Source of the DNA: Candidatus Poseidoniaceae archaeon | Lineage (GTDB): Archaea > Thermoplasmatota > Poseidoniia > Poseidoniales > Poseidoniaceae | Direction: 5' to 3' | Length of the DNA: 32,000 nucleotides | NCBI GenBank assembly: GCA_943789275.1 | Contig: CALSTM010000003.1 | Span: 120,001 to 152,000, forward strand | Shown here: piece after piece, positions 25,834 to 32,000 of the stretch | Layout of the letters: each line of letters begins with the position of its first letter | Position numbering within the stretch: position 1 is the stretch's first letter | Notes under the pieces: generated by a model | Told to the model about the DNA's origin: nothing | What the model saw: the letters and a program-made list of their open reading frames with translations, nothing else | The model's database searches: none | Program-made: the position numbers and the translations under genes

Positions 25834-26216
25834 TGAGTCGACGAGCAATTGTAAATATTTTCAGTTCTTACAACAACATCTTGATGACAGCTACCGATTT
25901 AACCGGTGCTGAAACCATTACGACCTGCTCCGGCGGTCAAGTGGTCAAGTCTTCGAAAGACAGCGGCGGACAATTCGCTGCAACACGAGCTGCTGAAAAG
26001 ATGGCTGACGACCTCAAAGACAAGGAATTCACTCAACTCATTATCAAGTACCGAGCACCAGGTGGTAACCTTTCAAACAACACCGGTCCAGGCGCACAAG
26101 CAGCAATCCGAGCACTAACTCGTGCTGGAATGACAATCACTCGTATTGAAGACGTGACGCCAATCGCTCACGACGGTACCAAAAAGAAGGGTGGCCGACG
26201 TGGCCGCCGTGTTTGA
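25833..26216 (+). CDS. rps11: 30S ribosomal protein uS11
   Basis: [33 protein letters not shown], and [25 protein letters not shown] 25833 is preceded by GGAGGTGA at 25819-25826; the ORF track uses GTG 25830. Confidence 0.95.
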   Translation: MSRRAIVNIFSSYNNILMTATDLTGAETITTCSGGQVVKSSKDSGGQFAATRAAEKMADDLKDKEFTQLIIKYRAPGGNLSNNTGPGAQAAIRALTRAGMTITRIEDVTPIAHDGTKKKGGRRGRRV

Positions 26217-26233
26217 TTTTTGAGGTGGAAAAA

Positions 26234-27166
26234 ATGGATGTACAAATCGTTGATGGATGGCCGCGTGGCAATGAAATTCGAATTCTTTTGACTGACACAG
26301 ATGCTGCACAAGTGAACGCTGTTCGGCGTGCACTCATTGCAGATGTGCCAAAACTAGCAATTGACAAAGTGAACTTCACCCAAGGTGTAAACCAAGACAA
26401 CAAAGGAGAAGTTTTCGAATCCGTCAACGTTCTTCCAGATGAAACAATCGCCCACCGTTTGGCAATGATCCCAGTCCCGACATTTCCAGACGAAGGAATC
26501 ACATTCCCGGAAGATTGTCCAAACTGCAAAGACCTTGCAGAAGAATCCAAGGGCTGTTTGACCTGTCAAGTACTTTACCACATTCGAAAGGATGGGCCAT
26601 CAGAGGATTCCGATGAAGAATACCGTACAGTCTATGCCGGTGACCTCACCAACATTTCTGACCAAATGTTCGATATCCGTGAAGAACACAAGCGAATCCC
26701 TCTTACCATTCTTTCAAAGGGTCAATTCCTCGAATTGTACGCTTTCGCTACGCTTGGCCGTGGCCGAGATCACGCAAAGTGGTCTCCTGTTGCTGCAGTC
26801 GGTTTCCGACAACACCACATCGCTAAACTCAACAAGCCAAAGAAAGCGAATGTTTTGTTTGACCTTGATCTGAAAACTTCCGACGGAAAGCCAATCGATG
26901 CCAAACTTTTCGGAAAAGACAAGACAATGACCGATATTAACCACCTCATGGACCTCGAAAAAGCCCTCCACCAAGTCGGCCCTGGAACCAACAGAGACGG
27001 CGACTTTGATGATGCAATCACCCTCGAACCAGTCGAAGGCGCATACATCTTCTCTTACGAGACCGATGGAAGTCTTACCCCTGAGCAAGCATTCAACGGA
27101 GCCATGGATGAACTGCAAGGGCGTTTCGACAACCTCGCTATCGAAATCGAACGTGCTTTCGCTTGA
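26234..27166 (+). CDS. rpoD: DNA-directed RNA polymerase subunit D (Rpo3)
   Basis: NAVRRALIADVPKLAID, PDETIAHRLAMIPVP, and a four-Cys loop CPNC-x10-CLTC. ATG 26234 is preceded by GAGGTGG; the ORF-track start 26213 is a TTG overlapping the S11 stop. Confidence 0.9.
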   Translation: MDVQIVDGWPRGNEIRILLTDTDAAQVNAVRRALIADVPKLAIDKVNFTQGVNQDNKGEVFESVNVLPDETIAHRLAMIPVPTFPDEGITFPEDCPNCKDLAEESKGCLTCQVLYHIRKDGPSEDSDEEYRTVYAGDLTNISDQMFDIREEHKRIPLTILSKGQFLELYAFATLGRGRDHAKWSPVAAVGFRQHHIAKLNKPKKANVLFDLDLKTSDGKPIDAKLFGKDKTMTDINHLMDLEKALHQVGPGTNRDGDFDDAITLEPVEGAYIFSYETDGSLTPEQAFNGAMDELQGRFDNLAIEIERAFA

Positions 27167-27175
27167 AACTCTCTT

Positions 27176-27189
27176 GACTTTCGTTTTTC
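27176..27189 (+). terminator. T-rich tract (gactttcgttttt) after rpoD, putative terminator
   Basis: A T5 run at 27184-27188 lies ~20 nt after the rpoD stop and precedes the surface-protein start region. Confidence 0.25.
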
Positions 27190-27242
27190 ACACCATTGGC
27201 TCTAAGCCGAGGTTTGATAACGGAGTAATCTTAGCGATTTCT

Positions 27243-30200
27243 ATGCAGAACGACCGCAGAATGGCACTTTCCCTTGTTGCATTGTTTGTACTCTCGACAA
27301 TGATGCCCCTTGTCTCCGCCGGTGAAGAGAACGATATCATCACTTCCTCACCCAGTGACGACTATTCCGTCTCCATTTCTCGAGACCTACCGTTAACGGA
27401 ACTTTTGTACAAAGATTCTACTCAGAAGTCCAGTACCGGTGGCCGCGCAGCATGCGTTACCCAGACTGATGCGGGCATACCTGGTGATGCTGGAAACAAT
27501 TCTGCAACTTCACGCAGTCTTGGAAACGATCCGAACAGCGGCCAAACCGGCAATCAAGGCTGTGTCGACTCAACCGATACCGAAGATTGGTATGAAATTA
27601 CAACAACTGCAGGCAAGGATGTTGACATTGAACTGGTCGTCCCGAGCGGAGCAGACTTCGACCTCTATCTCATCGACTCATCCGGAACATACCTTGACAG
27701 TTCTGAATCCGTTACATCCCTCGAAAAGGTGACGACCCAGTCAACATCCCTTTCCGGCGTCTCAAGTACATTTTACGTTGAAGTGTTTGTTTACAGTGGT
27801 GACGGACAATACTCCTTGCGTACATGGACAAACAATACGCCCCCGCGACCGGATCTAACCATCAGCTCAGTCACCGAACCTGCATCGGGACAAGCAGGTT
27901 CTACGGTGAGTGTGGAATATGTTGTCGAGAACATCTACAATACCACCTCAGACGCCTTCGAGGTTCAATTTGTCTTGTCTACAGACCAAACCTACGACTT
28001 TGGAGACGAACTCATTGACGCATCAGAACCGGAGGCGGCTCTTGCAGAGAACACCAGCCGCACCACTACAGCGCAAGTACTTCTCCCGACAGGCCTTTCC
28101 AACGGCACATACTATTGGCTTCTGTTTGCTGATGGTTATGATAACCTCACTGAGCAGAACGAATCAAACAATTTCCTTTGGTCTTCGGGAGTGATGTTAG
28201 TGGGAGATTCATGCGACGACCTCCACCCGAACGGCAAAGATGACGCTGGACTCGGAGGAGACGCGCCTTCGGAGGAAGCCAATGTTACTGCACCACTCGG
28301 TACCAACGTTACCGCCACCTATACCGGTTGTATTGACGGTGTTGAAGCCAACGATGTGTTCTCCTTTGATGTGCCAGCAAACCACACGATTGACGTGACG
28401 CTGAGTTTAGAGGAATCCGTCGTCGTTTCTCTTGATTTGACCGACAGTAATTCAGCGGAAGTCGACTCTTCGACTGCGTTTTTCGGCGGCGATGCGACCG
28501 TCACTTCTTCGGAAGGGGCCTTCGACGGTATCGGCGGAACGTATTACATCAATTTATCACGGTCAGGTACGGGAGTCAACTGGACTTTGGAGGTTTGGAC
28601 GAATTATTCGACACCGAAAGCCAATCTTGTTATTGAAAATTCTTCTTCACCCCTTCAGGCCAGCGCAGGCGATACCATCGACATCGATGTGGAAGTTCTC
28701 AACTCTGGAACGATTCCAGCCCCTGCCTCGATACTCACGGCTTGGCTTTCAGTTGATATTGGTCTTGCAGACCATGATGTAGAGTTGGGCAACTTAACTC
28801 TCCCGTCTATCGATGTAAATGTTTCAGACATGTATCAGCTATCGGTGACCGTGCCTGCAAGTACCACTGGCGGCAATTATTCAATCATCGTCATGGTCGA
28901 CTCTGATGAACAGATCGACGAGAAAATCGAAGACGATAACATGGTTTTAACTCCAGATGAAATTCTCATCGATACCAAAGAAGTATCCTGTGCATCACAG
29001 GATGACGCTGCCTCAGGCGGCGATGCTGGCGAGGACGAGTCAACCGCAATCGTGCTTGGATTGGACGTATCAATGACGCTTACCGGGTGCATTCACAAGG
29101 ATGTTGATGATGATGATTGGTACGAGATTGAAGTATCGCCCGGCCTCAACGTGACGGCAACACTGATCAATTCTGCAGATCAAGATGCGGACCTGGTCCT
29201 TCGAAATAACGCCGGCAATGCCATTGACAGCAGCTACCTTTCGGCATCAAACGACGAATTCGTATCCACTTCCAGCACCACCTCCTACGCCGGCACGGGC
29301 GGAACATTCTACCTCAGCGTACAAAGCTGGTTGAGCCTTGGCGTTTACACACTCGTTATCGAGACTGAAGGCGTGGATCCGAACAATTTCAACTGCGGCC
29401 AGCCCGATGATGTCGGGCTTGGCCAAGACGCTCCAGCCGGCTCAGGGATTAACATCGGTCAAAATCCAACTGTATCTGGGCAAGGATGTTTCAGTGGCGT
29501 CGATGAATTGGACGTTTTTGCATTCACCGTTAACGATGGAAAGAACTTCGAAATTGAATTTGATGCGGACACAGTAACTGCCATGACTGCCACTTTGGAA
29601 GATACCAATGGAAACTTCATTGCTGAAGTCGATAACACTTCGTTTGGTCTCTTGTTCAATTCGTACGGCACTGATTATGAAGGTAAATCAACAGATTTGA
29701 TACTCACAGTTCGCTCCGGTGGCAGTGCGGGATTCTACAATCTTACAGTCACTCCTCTTGATCCGGCTCCTGCAGATATTGCGGTCTCATCTCTTGTGTG
29801 TCCGACAAACCACACATCGGGCTCTGAAGTCCAAATCACGTGGGAACTGGTGAGTCTTCGAGGTGATGCAGAATCGACTTCCATTCTCGTGCACCTCGAT
29901 TTACTCGATGAAACCGGAACTAAAATCGATCTCATCGCAGAAGAAACGATTGTCGTCAATGGTGTTTACAATACCACCTTCGGCTCCAAACTCGTGTACT
30001 ACACAACAAACGACGAACAGGCAAGTGGAACATACTCATGCCGCCTAACCATCGATGTTGACGATTCCTTGTTTGAGTCGAATGAAACGAACAATGAATT
30101 CCTTGGCGATTCCTTCTTCATTCAAAATGAACAAGAATTGTGGGCCAACGATGTTGACCGCGATGGCTTCAATACGACCGATACAGGAGATGGAATCATC

Positions 30201-30968
30201 GACGATTGCCCCACAACGTATGGAAACTCAACCATTGACCGTGTCGGCTGTGCCGACTTGGACGGCGACGGCGTCTCAAACCTGAACGACCTATGGCCGT
30301 TTGATTCCAGTCAAGCCTTGGATTCAGACGGAGACTCATACGGTGACAATACCAGTGGAATTGATGGCGATGCCTGTCCAGAAGTTGCAGGTGTGGCCAA
30401 TGGAGTTGGTGGCGCAGGATGCCCTCCAGAGTCAACCGGAACGGATGCAGACAACGATGGCGTTGACGATTCAATTGACGATTGCCCTTCAACCCCTGCC
30501 GGTACAATTGTAGGCGAGGATGGATGTGAGGTTGATGACAACAGCAATGTTGGAGAACCTATCGACCCAGTTGACAACACCTCGACAAATACCAACCAAA
30601 CGGTGGACGATGATAACAGCAACTCCAGCAGCACAGACGATGGAACTGTCGATACCGATGACACACAATCTGATTCCACCGTACTTGGAATGGATCCATT
30701 GACGCTTGGATTGGTAGGTGCAGCACTCTTGATTTTGGTTCTTGCAGTCCTTGCGTTTACTCGCCGCCGCAGCTCTCCAAAAGAAGATAAGATGTTTGAA
30801 CAACAGCAAGCAGCGTTCGCCAACGTCGGAAACGTCCCACTGCAAGCAGATCCGACAATAACGGCGGAACAACTTGCTTACGAACAGCAACTCATTGCTT
30901 CAGGATACCCAGCAGATTACGCCCGAGCATACGCAGACCAGCACTTCCGACCTTGGTTGAAGAACTAA
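27243..30968 (+). CDS. Giant modular surface glycoprotein: signal peptide, 4 PPC-like modules interleaved with 3 CARDB-like modules, TSP3-like Ca-binding repeats, Thr/Asn/Asp linker, C-terminal TM anchor and ~65-aa cytoplasmic tail
   Basis: Signal-like N-terminus MQNDRRMALSLVALFVLSTMMPLVSAGEEN, with ATG at 27243 or 27261. The first 79 codons of the ORF-track entry (from 27006) overlap rpoD and are rejected. Domain motifs are described in the findings. TM helix LTLGLVGAALLILVLAVLAF followed by TRRRS lies at ~30697-30775. Confidence 0.8.
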   Translation: MQNDRRMALSLVALFVLSTMMPLVSAGEENDIITSSPSDDYSVSISRDLPLTELLYKDSTQKSSTGGRAACVTQTDAGIPGDAGNNSATSRSLGNDPNSGQTGNQGCVDSTDTEDWYEITTTAGKDVDIELVVPSGADFDLYLIDSSGTYLDSSESVTSLEKVTTQSTSLSGVSSTFYVEVFVYSGDGQYSLRTWTNNTPPRPDLTISSVTEPASGQAGSTVSVEYVVENIYNTTSDAFEVQFVLSTDQTYDFGDELIDASEPEAALAENTSRTTTAQVLLPTGLSNGTYYWLLFADGYDNLTEQNESNNFLWSSGVMLVGDSCDDLHPNGKDDAGLGGDAPSEEANVTAPLGTNVTATYTGCIDGVEANDVFSFDVPANHTIDVTLSLEESVVVSLDLTDSNSAEVDSSTAFFGGDATVTSSEGAFDGIGGTYYINLSRSGTGVNWTLEVWTNYSTPKANLVIENSSSPLQASAGDTIDIDVEVLNSGTIPAPASILTAWLSVDIGLADHDVELGNLTLPSIDVNVSDMYQLSVTVPASTTGGNYSIIVMVDSDEQIDEKIEDDNMVLTPDEILIDTKEVSCASQDDAASGGDAGEDESTAIVLGLDVSMTLTGCIHKDVDDDDWYEIEVSPGLNVTATLINSADQDADLVLRNNAGNAIDSSYLSASNDEFVSTSSTTSYAGTGGTFYLSVQSWLSLGVYTLVIETEGVDPNNFNCGQPDDVGLGQDAPAGSGINIGQNPTVSGQGCFSGVDELDVFAFTVNDGKNFEIEFDADTVTAMTATLEDTNGNFIAEVDNTSFGLLFNSYGTDYEGKSTDLILTVRSGGSAGFYNLTVTPLDPAPADIAVSSLVCPTNHTSGSEVQITWELVSLRGDAESTSILVHLDLLDETGTKIDLIAEETIVVNGVYNTTFGSKLVYYTTNDEQASGTYSCRLTIDVDDSLFESNETNNEFLGDSFFIQNEQELWANDVDRDGFNTTDTGDGIIDDCPTTYGNSTIDRVGCADLDGDGVSNLNDLWPFDSSQALDSDGDSYGDNTSGIDGDACPEVAGVANGVGGAGCPPESTGTDADNDGVDDSIDDCPSTPAGTIVGEDGCEVDDNSNVGEPIDPVDNTSTNTNQTVDDDNSNSSSTDDGTVDTDDTQSDSTVLGMDPLTLGLVGAALLILVLAVLAFTRRRSSPKEDKMFEQQQAAFANVGNVPLQADPTITAEQLAYEQQLIASGYPADYARAYADQHFRPWLKN

Positions 30969-31035
30969 GCCTGACATAACTTCCGCCTTAGTGGGGAATG
31001 CGAATGCTCTTGACCTTCCTCTCCGTGGGAGTGCC

Positions 31036-31515
31036 ATGCAAGCACTCATGGAGACCAGCGCAGGGAACATTACAATTCAGTTGTACAACGAAGAAGCACC
31101 AGACACCGTAGCCAACTTCGTTCGCTTGGTTGAAAGTGGACATTACGACGGTCTTCACTTTCACCGTGTTATCGAGGACTTCATGATTCAAGGCGGATGC
31201 CCGCACTCAGCAGACCCAATGGCCCGTAATGCAGGAACAGGCGGACCAGGTTGGAAAATCCCCTGCGAAGCATCTGCTTTACGACTCAAGCACGACAAGC
31301 CAGGAATTTTCTCGATGGCCAATGCAGGACGCAATACGGGCGGTTCGCAATTCTTCCTTACGACTGTACCAACACCTTGGTTGAACGGTAATCACGCCGT
31401 TTTCGGCGAAGTTGTCGAAGGCATGGATGTTGTGAAGGCCATTGAGCGTTGCGACAAATTACCTGGTGATCGACCCCGAACCCCACAAAAAATCATTCGC
31501 GTAAGCCTTCAGTAA
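31036..31515 (+). CDS. Cyclophilin-type peptidyl-prolyl cis-trans isomerase
   Basis: ETSAGNITIQLYNEEAPDTVANFV, FHRVIEDFMIQGG, GIFSMANAGRNTGGSQFF, and HAVFGEVVEGMDVV. Start placed at the first ATG (31036); the ORF track begins at GTG 30991. Confidence 0.9.
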   Translation: MQALMETSAGNITIQLYNEEAPDTVANFVRLVESGHYDGLHFHRVIEDFMIQGGCPHSADPMARNAGTGGPGWKIPCEASALRLKHDKPGIFSMANAGRNTGGSQFFLTTVPTPWLNGNHAVFGEVVEGMDVVKAIERCDKLPGDRPRTPQKIIRVSLQ

Positions 31516-31710
31516 CCGTCTTTACAGTTGCGAACAGCCATCATAACACCTTTTATGCAAACTGGGTCTTTTATGACCCGTGACGCATAAATGCTGCCTT
31601 ACCTGTATCCAAGAGGCCTATTGGGCTTGACATGCCACGCCTGTTCCAAATCAGCATTGAACCGGGTTATCTGTGCGAACTGTGAAGAAGTTCAGCCCCA
31701 AGGGTTGTTC

Positions 31711-32000
31711 ATGACCGATGTCCGTATTGAAGCCGACACGATGGGCGAACTTGAAGTTCCAGCCGACAAATACTACGGTTGCCAGACGGCCCGGTCTTTG
31801 ATCAATTTTGATATCGGAGAGGATACGATGCCGAGCGGTGTTATTCGAGCGTTTGGAGTTTTGAAGCAGGCCGCAGCAAAAACGAACGTAGCACTCAAAC
31901 AACTCGACCCGGAAGTTGGAGATTTGATCATTGCAGCATCACAGGAAGTCCTCGATAATTGCCTGGATGAACATTTTCCGTTGCGTGTATGGCAAACTGG
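31711..32000 (+). CDS. fumC: Class II fumarate hydratase (fumarase/aspartase superfamily), 5' part only, runs off the window
   Basis: My translation is [66 protein letters not shown]...[13 protein letters not shown], which matches the canonical FumC N-terminus. It is not in the ORF track because no stop falls in the window. The frame stays open upstream to ATG 31591 (see findings). Confidence 0.85.
   Translation, partial: MTDVRIEADTMGELEVPADKYYGCQTARSLINFDIGEDTMPSGVIRAFGVLKQAAAKTNVALKQLDPEVGDLIIAASQEVLDNCLDEHFPLRVWQT

Noticed and set aside
27006-27242. The ORF-track start of the 1320-aa ORF, which overlaps the 3' end of rpoD
   Set aside because: The first 79 codons lie inside rpoD in another frame and have no signal-peptide character. 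A proper signal sequence begins at ATG 27243 or 27261, after the rpoD stop and T-run.
31564-31594. Small hairpin GGGTC-TTTTAT-GACCC and palindrome GCATAAATGC after the cyclophilin gene
   Set aside because: The stems are only 4-5 bp, too short to argue for a structured RNA or terminator. The AT-rich loops are better explained as TATA-like promoter elements for fumC.
31651-31902. 83-aa minus-strand ORF at the right end of the window
   Set aside because: It lies antisense to the clear fumC N-terminal coding sequence, which the ORF track omits only because it has no in-window stop.
1-32000. Search for CRISPR arrays, tRNA/rRNA genes, transposases, integrases and long nucleotide repeats
   Set aside because: No regularly spaced repeats, no tRNA-like T-arm/acceptor patterns in the few intergenic gaps, and no recognisable transposase or integrase motifs were seen. 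The only intergenic spaces longer than ~100 nt are accounted for by promoters or small ORFs.

Overview
Gene-dense archaeal chromosomal segment of about 28 protein genes. By eye I found no rRNA, tRNA, CRISPR array, transposase or integrase. The archaeal assignment rests on the DNA polymerase D large subunit (DP2), a uS13-uS4-uS11-RpoD operon, diphthine synthase, a Trm5/Taw2-type methyltransferase and a geranylgeranyl reductase. GGAGGTGA-like Shine-Dalgarno sequences precede many starts. The giant CARDB/PPC/TSP3 surface glycoprotein and the bacterial-type accessory genes fit a marine planktonic euryarchaeon such as Marine Group II (Poseidoniales), but that placement is inference only. Other housekeeping genes are PyrE, cyclophilin, class II fumarase (3' partial), a HAD-IIA phosphatase, a Cys/Met PLP enzyme flanked by EamA and LysE exporters, and an SSS-family symporter. 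The most interesting part is a four-gene, translationally coupled minus-strand cassette just downstream of DP2 (14948..18309). It encodes a His-rich membrane protein, a KAS III (FabH)-like condensing enzyme, a heme-oxygenase-like di-iron protein and an orphan 306-aa protein, and I read it as a candidate small-molecule or lipid biosynthetic module. Second is a 584-aa orphan protein (6367..8121) transcribed divergently from a classical-clade AAA ATPase with a novel N-domain and a stand-alone PqqB-like MBL hydrolase. Further observations: two unannotated CxxC-type zinc-ribbon coding elements (a 41-aa ORF at 14801..14926 and an in-frame 40-codon extension upstream of fumC), a frame-broken C-terminal extracytoplasmic domain on the symporter, a NERD-domain gene embedded in a HAD/SemiSWEET operon, and direct repeats in two promoter regions. 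All functional calls come from by-eye motif recognition; no database search was run.
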